A DNA stretch of 32,000 nt from assembly GCA_035633175.1 (NCBI GenBank), contig DASQFK010000056.1, positions 178 to 32,177 of the forward strand. Direction: 5' to 3'. Below, one piece after another: positions 7,396 to 17,851 of the stretch. The notes under the pieces were generated by a model. It saw nothing but the letters and a program-made list of their open reading frames with translations, did not search any database and was not told the DNA's origin. The translations under genes and the position numbers were made by a program. Origin of the DNA: Methylotenera sp. (lineage in GTDB: Bacteria > Pseudomonadota > Gammaproteobacteria > Burkholderiales > Methylophilaceae). How positions within the stretch are numbered: position 1 is the first letter of the stretch; each line of letters starts with the position of its first letter.

Positions 7396-9621
7396 ATGGC
7401 TAAAAAAAACGTCATCGCTTACTTTATGCATGAGTACGAAATGTCCTCTGCTCTAAAGGTACTCGTGAATCCGGAGGTTACTGAGAGCTTTGTCATCGGT
7501 GAACTGGAGGAAACTGAGATTGAGGCTTTAAAGAAACAGGGCTTGATCGTAGAGGAAGTACAATCGGCTCGACCTGAAATGTCTGATGATCAATTTTCTG
7601 TTGACCCTGCTTCCCTAAACAATTATGTTTTGCTGCACACAAAATCATTATTCAATGAAGCAGTTCCAGCACCCGTTGACTATTACAGTGTACAGTTGTA
7701 TGGACCATTATTAGAACCCAGACGACAACAATTAAAGGCATTTGGCGGTTATCTTGGAGACCGTCTAGCTGATGGGGGATACAAGATGCGACTTCATGCA
7801 AATGAGGTGATTTCTGTAAACAGCTTACACTTCGTAAAAAAAATCACTTGGATCAATCCGGAAACCTCCTCACCCGATGTCATTCTTACTTCCATCGATA
7901 TATCTAATAGTGAGCTTGAGAGTAAGCCCGAGGTAGTCACATTCGATTTGCGTTTGAATGATCCTAAAGACAAAGTTAAAGTTCTAGCCTGGCTAAAACT
8001 GAAAAAAATCCTGATAGTCGGAGATACTGCTCGCAAAATTCGTTTCCAATTGAAAGCGAATTCACCCGAAGTAGATGAGTTAGCTATGCTCCCAGAAATT
8101 GATCGTATTGATGAATACATCCATCCCAAACTTACCAATGATCATGCGCGTTATTTACTAGGTATTGATCATATGATAATGGCACCAGGATCTTTCGTTG
8201 CAGAAGACGGCACCGATCAAATCGTGGCGGTAGCTGATACCGGGATTGATGAGAAGCATCCTGATTTTAATGGCAGGATCATTGGCACTATAGATCGTGG
8301 AGGGACTGGGGTCACATCTGACCCTCATGGGCACGGTACTCATGTTGCAGGTTCAATACTAGGTGATGGCACTGCATCCAGCGGAAAAATAAAAGGTGTC
8401 GCTCCGAAGGCAAAACTTTTTTTTCAATCTCTAGCAGATGCTTACGGGAGACTTGTTGGACTTCCTGTCGATTTGAACGATCTGTTCGACGAGGCTTATA
8501 ATGCTGGCGCACGTATCCATAACAATAGTTGGAGTGCGGTTACAAATTCTGTTTACACAATGAGCAGCGAAGAAGTGGATGAGTACATCAACAACCATAA
8601 AGACATGCTTATCGTATTCGCAGCTGGTAACGAAGGGTCGGGCTACAAGCCCAGAAAGGCGAATCCAGGTTATGTAGATTGGTTATCAATTGGGTCCCCA
8701 GCCTCTTGCAAGAACGCATTGACAGTTGGTGCTAGCCGTAGCAGCCGTAATAATGGCCCCCGTGCTCACAGCACATGGAACGCCGTATGGCCAAATAGAT
8801 TTCCTGATCCACCAATTTCAATGGAAAATGTGTCTGGAGATCCGGAATGTATTGCCGCATTCAGTAGTCGTGGCCCTTGCGATGATCACCGTATTAAGCC
8901 AGATATCGTCGCCCCCGGGACTGATATTTTATCCACCAGATCCTCGCGAGCTCCATCGGGAACTTACACTTCTAAGGAATATACCTTCGATAGTGGCACA
9001 AGTATGGCAACTCCCCTTGTTTCAGGATGTGCCGCTCTTGTCCGGCAATACTATGTTCAAAGCCGAGGACACCCCATGCCAAGTGCTGCCTTGCTAAAAG
9101 CCACTTTGGTAAATAGTACAAAGTGGTTGACTGGTAATGATGCAAATGCAGAGGCTTTTGGTAGACCAAATTATCACCAAGGACATGGGCGTGTATGCAT
9201 AAACTTAGCTATACCCAATTCATCACAACCAGGAATGAATCTTCAATTCGTTGATGATTGGCAAAACTTCCAGTTTACACGTACTGGTCAGCGCATGCGC
9301 TACCAATTCGTGCTACCTGCTAATGCACCAGAATTGCGCCTTTGTATGGCATATTCAGATTATCCTGCCCGTGGTTTGCAGAACAATTTAAATTTGATTG
9401 CCGAACACATCGAAAGTGGGACAAAGTATTTAGGCAATGCAAATTTGCCCAACGCACTTACCTTACTGGACTCAGATAATAACCTAGAAGTCATTAGGAT
9501 CGATGGCGCACAGCAAGGTACGTATCTTATTCAAGTTTTGGCAGCGAACCTGTTACATCCCAATCAGGATTTTGCTTTAGTTGTAACTGGCGTGGGTGTG
9601 CCGACACTAACAAGTATTTAA
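7396..9621 (+). CDS. S8 (subtilisin-family) serine peptidase, no signal peptide, ~270-aa N-terminal extension
   Basis: Catalytic motifs VAVADTGID (Asp), HGHGTHVAGS (His), NNSW (oxyanion Asn) and SGTSMATP (Ser). The N-terminus MAKKNVIAYFMHEYE is not hydrophobic. I chose the ATG at 7396 (GGAG 8 nt upstream) over the GTG at 7387 in the track. The N-terminal region looks like repeated I9-propeptide-like beta-alpha units, which is inference. Confidence 0.9.
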   Translation: MAKKNVIAYFMHEYEMSSALKVLVNPEVTESFVIGELEETEIEALKKQGLIVEEVQSARPEMSDDQFSVDPASLNNYVLLHTKSLFNEAVPAPVDYYSVQLYGPLLEPRRQQLKAFGGYLGDRLADGGYKMRLHANEVISVNSLHFVKKITWINPETSSPDVILTSIDISNSELESKPEVVTFDLRLNDPKDKVKVLAWLKLKKILIVGDTARKIRFQLKANSPEVDELAMLPEIDRIDEYIHPKLTNDHARYLLGIDHMIMAPGSFVAEDGTDQIVAVADTGIDEKHPDFNGRIIGTIDRGGTGVTSDPHGHGTHVAGSILGDGTASSGKIKGVAPKAKLFFQSLADAYGRLVGLPVDLNDLFDEAYNAGARIHNNSWSAVTNSVYTMSSEEVDEYINNHKDMLIVFAAGNEGSGYKPRKANPGYVDWLSIGSPASCKNALTVGASRSSRNNGPRAHSTWNAVWPNRFPDPPISMENVSGDPECIAAFSSRGPCDDHRIKPDIVAPGTDILSTRSSRAPSGTYTSKEYTFDSGTSMATPLVSGCAALVRQYYVQSRGHPMPSAALLKATLVNSTKWLTGNDANAEAFGRPNYHQGHGRVCINLAIPNSSQPGMNLQFVDDWQNFQFTRTGQRMRYQFVLPANAPELRLCMAYSDYPARGLQNNLNLIAEHIESGTKYLGNANLPNALTLLDSDNNLEVIRIDGAQQGTYLIQVLAANLLHPNQDFALVVTGVGVPTLTSI

Positions 9622-9681
9622 ATAATTTGTAGCTTTGCGACTCAATTACAATCACCAATATCCTAATTTTGGAGAACACAA

Positions 9682-10660
9682 TATGTCGAATGGTTATATA
9701 ACCCTCAAAAATCACGACCCCCTCCTTGATCTTGATATTGCCATTCTACTAGCAGAGGCTTCAGCCGCTGCATATTCCGATGAAACAGCCACCATATGGG
9801 CTTTACAAAATGAATTGGGAGATGCAAATCTGATTAATCAAGGAAATATCCAAGGATTTTGGTGCGTCAAGGATGATGTTGCGTTACTTGCCTTCCGAGG
9901 CACTAGTAACCCTGGTCAATGGATTCGTGATGTGCGGATATTGCCGATGAGCCATCCCTGGGGATGGATACATAGAGGATTTGGAAAGGGAATAGAAAAT
10001 ATTGAAGAGGACTATAGGAAATTTTTAATTACGATTAATCAACTTAGTGGGCGTAAAGTATGGGTTACAGGGCACAGCCTTGGAGGCGCATTGGCCGTCA
10101 TAGCTGCAGCCAACCTTAAAATCGATAAGGTAACACCGATAGTTTACACTTACGGTCAACCACGGCCTTCTTATGGGGAGTTTGCTGAACGTTTTGCTAA
10201 GGAACTTCCTAGTCAGCTTTATCGTTTTATTAACCAAAGCGACATAGTTGCTCGCGTCCCACCAGACCCATTTTACAACCACTCAGGTACTCCTAAGAGA
10301 ATAATAAATACTAACGCTACTGGGGCTATATTTGGGCTGGTGGCTACAAATCCTGATATAGAGATAATTCAACAAGTGGTAAGCACAGCAGAACCGGAAA
10401 TTCCAACGATAAGTGAAGCAATTCATGATGGCGAAGTTTTTTTGAAAACATCTGAGACCGCTTCAGTCACGCCGGAGGAGTTTAGTAAGTTGCAAAAAGC
10501 GCTCGGAGCCGATGCTGAACCTTTGGGGGATTTACCTGAGGAAACATTTTCAACAGCTAGCGCAGAAGCGCAGCTTGCAGGTGCTATACCCTTTTTCGCA
10601 GATCATGCGATTAGTGAATACATCCGATTACTCAAAGAAATTAAGGCAATCTCTCAGTAA
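9682..10660 (+). CDS. class-3 (Lipase_3) lipase, no signal peptide, with a long acidic insertion before the catalytic His
   Basis: VWVTGHSLGGALA nucleophile elbow, NQSDIVARVP Asp motif, FFADHAISEY His motif. The ATG at 9682 has GGAG 8 nt upstream; the track start is a TTG at 9635. Lies 61 nt downstream of the S8 gene on the same strand. Confidence 0.85.
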
Positions 10661-10761
10661 ATATTAATATTACACTTCAACTTTTGCTAATTGTTGCGTT
10701 AAAGCTTTAATGGTATTTACCTATATTTGAGATTTACACCAACTTATATCTAAGGAAAATA

Positions 10762-11733
10762 ATGAATACGTTACGAATTTTATTAGTACTATTTTCATTA
10801 GTTATAAATGGATGTGCAGCTCAAAAAAGTGTTTCTAAATATAAAGACGAAATAATTTCGTTAAATTCACTAGCAGATAAAAAACTCGAACCTGGAATAC
10901 TTCATACTTTGCGTAGTGGTTGCGGATATGCAACCTGCAACGGGAGGCACGCAATTGTTTTCGTGCACGGCATCTACGGAGGAGCTGGGACTTTCAAGAA
11001 CACTGATGTTGACCTACCGTTTAATTGGCCAGAACAGGTCCCTATGAAGATTGACGATAGTCCAGTCGATGTCTATCAAGTCGAATACCAGAGCGCGCTG
11101 ATTTCTTGGGCAAAGGAAGACATTGCTTCTCTGGATCAGGTTGTCGAAGCTATCTACCCACCCCTCGCAGAACTGCGTGCTCGAGGCTATTCATCTATCA
11201 ACTTCGTGGCACATAGTTTAGGGGGCAACGTAGTCAAAGCATACCTACACTCTGTCAAGAGCGAAGAGGGGCATATCGAGCGGGCACGGCATGGCTTCGT
11301 CTTAACAGTGGGCACTCCAGTAAATGGGGCATCAATTGCCAACGTCGGTCTGTTGCTAAAAAAACTTCTCGGAATGCAAGATCCACTTCTAAGCTCTCTG
11401 CAGCGTGACAACACATTTCTGCGAATGATGAATCTATGGGGGCGTCAGGAAGATACAAAGTCCACAAAATTCCGTTGCCGACCGGTGCATCTTTATGCTG
11501 GTATTGAGACTAAACCAATTGGTCCCATTCAGATTGTTGATATCGACAGCGCACAGAAGGCACTTCCAAACTTCGCGGTGTCCAGAACTTTTCCTCTCAA
11601 TCATTCTGAAATAGCAAAGCCAAGATCCACGTGCGATGAACTGTTTCTCTGGTTTCTGGAAATAGCTGGTAAAGAGATAAAACGAGTAAACCAATGGGGT
11701 CCAACCCGTGAACTCTGTGAAAAGCAGATGTGA
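10762..11733 (+). CDS. lipoprotein alpha/beta-hydrolase (esterase/lipase, PGAP1/DUF676-like)
   Basis: 323 aa. Signal plus lipobox-like LVINGC, VFVHGIYGG, FVAHSLGGN nucleophile elbow, LTVGTPVNG. Same family signature as the cassette hydrolase at 954-2237. Confidence 0.8.
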   Translation: MNTLRILLVLFSLVINGCAAQKSVSKYKDEIISLNSLADKKLEPGILHTLRSGCGYATCNGRHAIVFVHGIYGGAGTFKNTDVDLPFNWPEQVPMKIDDSPVDVYQVEYQSALISWAKEDIASLDQVVEAIYPPLAELRARGYSSINFVAHSLGGNVVKAYLHSVKSEEGHIERARHGFVLTVGTPVNGASIANVGLLLKKLLGMQDPLLSSLQRDNTFLRMMNLWGRQEDTKSTKFRCRPVHLYAGIETKPIGPIQIVDIDSAQKALPNFAVSRTFPLNHSEIAKPRSTCDELFLWFLEIAGKEIKRVNQWGPTRELCEKQM

Positions 11734-11875
11734 CGCCCAATCTTTCATCATAAAGGACGTCCTCAAGTGGGTCGCCCTGAACTGATACGTTGAATCCACC
11801 GCCGAAAGCAGACATCATATCAAAATAAAAAAACCTGCAGTCTATTTGTACGATCGCCAAGCCAAAGTTAAAATG

Positions 11876-12008
11876 CCCCGTAAGGAGCCTTTATTTGTTG
11901 CTAACCGAATCTCTTAAAATATCTGCACTTGGGCGGAAACCTTTTCAGGCGGAACCTCTACGTAACTATTGTTACTTCGGTGTATATAGAGTCGCCAAAT
12001 TATAGAAT
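11876..12008 (-). repeat. partial, diverged copy (A) of the ~222-bp terminator-bearing element
   Basis: The ttgctaaccgaatctcttaaaatatctgcacttgggcggaaaccttttcaggcggaac core aligns with 14925-15020. Keeps the TATAAT-like hexamer (minus strand) and a terminal hairpin. Sits 55 nt 3' of the minus-strand LexA-like gene. Confidence 0.7.
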
Positions 12009-12063
12009 GTTTTTAATTATGTAAGCAATTTATTTATAATTTCGGTCTTGCATTCTGTTATGT

Positions 12064-12663
12064 TTACTTATAACTCCGAAATTGCCCTGCCACCACGCCA
12101 TAAATACTAAATTGCTCTTTTGGTCGGATAATCTCAAAATCCTTATTAGCCGGTATCAATACGAATAGATCCTTTTCTTTCCCTAGTGTCTTGATGGTGA
12201 ATTTGTCATCAATGATTGCCACCACAATATCGCCTACATTCGCAAATGGTCTTCTTTCTACAATGACTGTATCGCCATCCAGAATCCCCACATCTTTCAT
12301 CGAATCACCTACAACAGGAATCAATTCTGTAATGGATGGTTTTCTTACCAGGTGTTCATCAATGGTGATGTAATCCCCACCTTCATTGTAAGAAGCAGTG
12401 AATGCACCCGCCTGTACACTATTGGCAGATAACGGCCGCTCAAAGAAACGCTTACCCGGGCTTAATTTTTTATCCGGAGCCAATTCTAAAAAGCCCATCA
12501 GTTTCAGACGCGCAATGAGTTTAGAGATCGTATCTTTAGAGCGCATGTTAAGTAACTGCTGCATAAAACTATAACTTGGTAATGAGCGATAGCTGGCAAA
12601 GTAATCCCTTAATTGCCCGAGTTTCTCCAGATCAGATTCTTGTGCTTGATTGAAATCAGTCAT
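12064..12663 (-). CDS. LexA-like S24 peptidase-family repressor
   Basis: 199 aa. N-terminal wHTH-like region, candidate Ala-Gly cleavage site (VQAGAF), GDSM serine motif and FTIKTL lysine motif. Divergent from umuD. Confidence 0.8.
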   Translation of the reverse strand: MTDFNQAQESDLEKLGQLRDYFASYRSLPSYSFMQQLLNMRSKDTISKLIARLKLMGFLELAPDKKLSPGKRFFERPLSANSVQAGAFTASYNEGGDYITIDEHLVRKPSITELIPVVGDSMKDVGILDGDTVIVERRPFANVGDIVVAIIDDKFTIKTLGKEKDLFVLIPANKDFEIIRPKEQFSIYGVVAGQFRSYK

Positions 12664-12700
12664 GTATAGACATCCTGTTTTTTTATGTATATTATTATTT

Positions 12701-12719
12701 AGAACAAACGTTCGTTTGC
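12701..12719. promoter_or_regulatory. candidate repressor operator in the divergent lexA-like/umuD promoter region
   Basis: aGAACaaacGTTCgtttgc contains GAAC-N4-GTTC (Cheo-box-like, 12702-13). It overlaps the perfect palindrome CAAACG-tt-CGTTTG (12705-18). Confidence 0.45.
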
Positions 12720-12745
12720 ATGATTATTACTTTTACCGAAAGTTA

Positions 12746-13264
12746 ATGCAAGCGCGTTTTTTTACAGATGAAATCATGAAAGCTCTTATCTCACTTCCTA
12801 ATCCGCCTGGGGCTATTCCAGCCAGTCTTAATCCAACTGCATTGCTGTTATGTGTTTATAGTGGCAAAGTGGCTGCGGGCCAGTCACGTTGGGCATCTGC
12901 TGCACAGGATTATGATGACAACGACGAGGGTAGCTTGGACGGCAGGCTTGATCTAAATACACATTTCATTACGAATCCGCCTGCCACTTTTTTAATGCCA
13001 GTGACGGGCGATTCTATGATTGAGGCTGGAATCTATCCTGGCTCTATGCTTATTATTGATAAATCGATTAAGCCCCGTTCTTCACACATCGTAGTGGTCT
13101 GGTATGAAACCCAGTATTTGGTCAAACGGTTATACATACGCGGCAAAGTGGTCAAATTACTATCCGAGCATCCTGACCCAAACAAATATCCACCCATAGA
13201 GTTTAAAAAAGACGATGAGCTCATGGTTTGGGGCGTGGTAAGACATGTCATTAATACCCTCTAA
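12746..13264 (+). CDS. umuD: UmuD-like translesion polymerase accessory protein (S24 peptidase)
   Basis: AAG candidate cleavage site, TGDSMIEAGI serine motif, YLVKRL lysine motif. Overlaps the umuC start. The start is uncertain (ATG 12746 or 12776); the 12650 start in the track would overlap the divergent gene. Confidence 0.85.
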   Translation: MQARFFTDEIMKALISLPNPPGAIPASLNPTALLLCVYSGKVAAGQSRWASAAQDYDDNDEGSLDGRLDLNTHFITNPPATFLMPVTGDSMIEAGIYPGSMLIIDKSIKPRSSHIVVVWYETQYLVKRLYIRGKVVKLLSEHPDPNKYPPIEFKKDDELMVWGVVRHVINTL

Positions 13265-14534
13265 ACGTATATTCGCCTTATGTGACGCCAACAGCTTCTA
13301 TGCCAGCTGTGAGCAGGTATTCAGGCCTGATCTGGTAGGAAAGCCTATCGTGGTGCTCTCGAACAATGATGGCTGCGTCATCGCCCAGAGTAAAGAAGCA
13401 AAAGAAATCTTGGAAATCTATATGTGCCGTCCTTGGCACGAACTCCAGCAAGATGCAGAGAAACTCGGTGTGATCTGTTTCAGCAGCAATTACGAGCTGT
13501 ACGGCAATATGAGTAACCGCTTTATGGACACCCTAAAGCAGTTCACGCCTAGGCAGGAGGTCTATTCCATCGATGAGTCTTTTCTGGAAATGACCGGTAT
13601 CAATCGCAATTTGACCGAGTACGGTAAAGAGATCAAGGATACCGTCAAGCAATGGACTGGCTTACCCATCTGTGTTGGCTTCGGTAACACCAAAACCTTA
13701 TCTAAGTTAGCCAATCATGTCGCTAAGAAGCAGCCGCAATATCAAGGGGTATGTGATCTCACGTCTATGGAGACAATCGAGCTGGATAACATCATGGCAA
13801 GCCTGCCGGTATCCAAGGTATGGGGTGTAGGAAGCAGACTCGAAGCTAGGCTCAATACATTGGGTGTGCATAATATCTTGCGGCTTAAACGTGCAAACCT
13901 CAAGCGTATACGCGATGAATTTGGTGTGGTGTTAGAACGGACAATCAAGGAACTCAATGGCGAAGTGATGCTAGACATGGAAGAACGATTACCGGAAGCC
14001 AAGCAAGTGATGTCCTCCCGTTCATTTGGTGCCCGTGTAACAGAGTTGGAGGAGCTTAAACAAGCCATTGCCTACCATGCGGGTATTGCGGGCGAACGGA
14101 TGCGTTCTAAAGGCCTTTATGCGAATGCGGTGTATGTGTTTGCACAAAACAGCCCGTTTGATAAAGCACAGTTCTATGCGGGAAGTCTAACGGTGGGCTT
14201 GCCCTCGCCTACAGATAGTACGTTACTCATTACCAGAGCGGCACAGTGGCTGCTCAAACAGATTTACAAGCCGGGCATCTATTACCAGAAAGCCGGTGTC
14301 ATGGTCATGGATTTAGTGCCTAAAGCGGGACAGCAAGGCGATTTGTTCAGTTATAACGCAGGCCATGTTAAAGACACCAACTTGATGAGCGTGATGGACA
14401 CCATCAATAAGAAATATGCCAAAGGCACGATTAAGTTAGCAGGTGAAGGCATTGAAAGGCCTTGGAAAATGCGCCGCAGCTTTAAAAGCCCGAACTACAC
14501 AGGCAACTGGGATGAATTGCCCAAAGTGACATGA
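13245..14534 (+). CDS. umuC: DNA polymerase V catalytic subunit UmuC (Y-family)
   Basis: 429 aa. FALCDANSFYASCEQVFRPDL, VVLSNNDGCVIA and SIDESFL motifs are typical of UmuC/RumB. Confidence 0.95.
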   Translation: MSLIPSKRIFALCDANSFYASCEQVFRPDLVGKPIVVLSNNDGCVIAQSKEAKEILEIYMCRPWHELQQDAEKLGVICFSSNYELYGNMSNRFMDTLKQFTPRQEVYSIDESFLEMTGINRNLTEYGKEIKDTVKQWTGLPICVGFGNTKTLSKLANHVAKKQPQYQGVCDLTSMETIELDNIMASLPVSKVWGVGSRLEARLNTLGVHNILRLKRANLKRIRDEFGVVLERTIKELNGEVMLDMEERLPEAKQVMSSRSFGARVTELEELKQAIAYHAGIAGERMRSKGLYANAVYVFAQNSPFDKAQFYAGSLTVGLPSPTDSTLLITRAAQWLLKQIYKPGIYYQKAGVMVMDLVPKAGQQGDLFSYNAGHVKDTNLMSVMDTINKKYAKGTIKLAGEGIERPWKMRRSFKSPNYTGNWDELPKVT

Positions 14535-14536
14535 TA

Positions 14537-14815
14537 ATGAATACGCCATCTGTACACTGGCTACCTGACTTAGTCTTTCTGGATATTGAAACGACAGGCG
14601 GTGCTCACCTCTATGACCGCATCATTGAAGTTGCACTCATTAAGATAGAGAATGGTTAGGTCTTTACCGTGTGGTAATCGCTCATCAATCCAGGCATCCC
14701 GATACCGAAACACATTACAGGGTTAACTGGTATCAGTAAAGGCGCCCCGACATTCAAAGAGATTGCCGCAGAGCTATACAGCCATCTGGAAGGTATGGTG
14801 CTAACAGCCCACAAA
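14537..14815 (+). pseudogene. DnaQ-like 3'-5' exonuclease (epsilon family) pseudogene
   Basis: The frame reads MNTPSVHWLPDLVFLDIETTGG..DRIIEVALIKIENG*VFTVW*SLINPGIPIPKHITGLTGI..APTFKEIAAELYSHLEGMVLTAH. ExoI and ExoII motifs are present. There are two in-frame stops (TAG 14657, TAA 14675), and homology is lost before ExoIII. Confidence 0.75.
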
Positions 14816-14881
14816 CATCAAGTAGATGAGGAACAGTGGACTTCCCACGCTACTTTAAACTCAAGATTTAGTAAATTCCTA

Positions 14882-15106
14882 CAAAGAGTTTATAAAAAGG
14901 AAAAGGCTCCGTGAGGAGCCTTTATTGCTAACCGAATCTCTTAGAATGTCTGCACTTGGGCGGAAACCTTTTCAGGTGGAACTTGTACGAAATTTTCATT
15001 ACTTCGGTATGTACAGGCAACTAAATTATAAGCCTTTTACTTATAGTTTTCATTAAATTTTTGATTACCCTTGAAATTGAGTTGACTGCTTCCGGCCCAA
15101 AGCAGA
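14882..15106 (-). repeat. ~222-bp terminator-bearing element, full copy B
   Basis: Reverse complement of 28983-29204, with about 3 mismatches in the 97-nt core. Lies 55 nt 3' of the minus-strand ORF 15162-15365. Confidence 0.9.
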
Positions 15107-15161
15107 CACCCATCACTCAGGCCACAGCAGTTAAATAGTTAACAAACTATTACTAAACGAA

Positions 15162-15365
15162 TCATCTGATCAGCCGTTCGAACTTCAGAGTTAGCAGACT
15201 TGGGAGATATGTCGCAAGCAGTAAAAGCATAGCAAGGGTTAAAGATAACCACCGTACAGAATACGCAGTCACAAAGCTTGCGGCAGGTTTAAGTTCTTGA
15301 ACATAGTCATAAAATTCTGATTTATCAACACCTTCAACATATACGCCTTTTACTTCTCCGGCCAA
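15162..15365 (-). CDS. small hypothetical membrane protein
   Basis: 67-aa ORF with one hydrophobic helix (WLSLTLAMLLLLATYLPSLL). No family recognised. Confidence 0.3.
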   Translation of the reverse strand: MAGEVKGVYVEGVDKSEFYDYVQELKPAASFVTAYSVRWLSLTLAMLLLLATYLPSLLTLKFERLIR

Positions 15366-15403
15366 TTCTTTAAGATAAACCGATAAAGTGTGATGAATTT
15401 TAA

Positions 15404-15441
15404 CTTAGCGTACAATTTTTTCCGTTTTCTGCGTTCACCCC
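15404..15441 (-). mobile_element. Tn3-family 38-bp terminal inverted repeat (Tn501/Tn1721-like)
   Basis: The minus strand reads GGGGTGAACGCAGAAAACGGAAAAAATTGTACGCTAAG. From memory this fits the GGGG...GCAGAA..CGGAAAAAAT.GTACGCTAAG pattern of Tn501/Tn1721 ends. Confidence 0.7.
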
Positions 15442-15807
15442 TAGTTAACATCACAGATAAAAGTGCAAGCAATGATTGAATCTAATGGCTGCCAATTAAG
15501 CATATCAATTTGAGCTAGGAATAAATTTTCATGTGAAGTTAGCCTTGATCCACTCCATAAAGTTTAAAGAAAACTAACAACACCTGTCAAGTTGGTCGAC
15601 GAGGTGTACTAGAAAGGTGTGAAAGTTTGCGGCAGCGAAAAAATAGACCTTGAGCAACGACTCCAACGCGTCGCTGAGCTGCCTTGGTGGGACATAACCA
15701 TTCATCCAAAAACGGGGGCTTTGTAATTTCTCGCTCCCTAAGCTAAAATTTGGCTAGCTAATGTCGGGTGACACAACAAGTGAAATTTGTGCCAAGTTAG
15801 TGAAATT

Positions 15808-15838
15808 AAAGGCTCCAAGATGAGCCTTTAATCTTTTA
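15808..15838 (+). terminator. rho-independent terminator-like hairpin at the AT-rich/GC-rich boundary
   Basis: aaaggctc-caagat-gagccttt followed by aatctttt. The stem resembles the hairpin of the 222-bp element. Confidence 0.5.
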
Positions 15839-16044
15839 CTGCCCCAGTTCCGGTCAGGGTTGTTGTTCTCATTGATGTTCTATGCGTTGTGCCATGCTGT
15901 CGATTCTTTCGTGAGTAGGGGTAAGAATGCCCCAAAGAAATCGCCTGTGGAATTCACCTGTTGATGTTTCGCCGCGCGGCTGTGCCGTCTTCCGCGCAAA
16001 ACCGACAGTCAAAGAATTTACAGAAGGGATGTTGCACTAACTTC

Positions 16045-16062
16045 CCGTCATTTTCCTGTCAC
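16045..16062 (+). promoter_or_regulatory. Pho-box-like site upstream of ptxA
   Basis: CCGTCAT-tttc-CTGTCAC: two 7-bp direct repeats resembling CTGTCAT with a 4-bp spacer, about 95 nt upstream of the ptxA ATG. Confidence 0.5.
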
Positions 16063-16157
16063 ATAGAGCGCCTAAACTTTCCTCCATTGGTTTTCATGAA
16101 TCTTGGCTCACCTTGATAATGAAATCGAATTATATTTATTGATGTGAGGGAGTTCCC

Positions 16158-17833
<1,676 letters not shown>

Positions 17834-17851
17834 GCACATTGGATAATTAAC

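Noticed and set aside
5923-9621. A gasdermin-plus-protease type pairing for the S8 protease.
   Set aside because: No gasdermin-sized (about 240-270 aa) cytoplasmic partner is present. The 437-aa neighbour is divergent and carries a signal peptide. The lipase is the only plausible cytoplasmic partner.
12650-12745. A long 204-aa form of UmuD (UmuDAb-like) starting at 12650.
   Set aside because: That start overlaps the start codon of the divergent LexA-like gene and would remove the shared promoter and operator. The first 32 codons are hydrophobic and aromatic junk. ATG 12746 or 12776 gives a normal UmuD.
15714-15742. GGGGGCTTTGTAATTTCTCGCTCCCTAAG as the missing left-hand Tn3-family IR of a ptx transposon.
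   Set aside because: It is only 29 nt and lacks the conserved CAGAAAACGGAAAA core. It shares only the GGGG start and CTAAG end, which can occur by chance.
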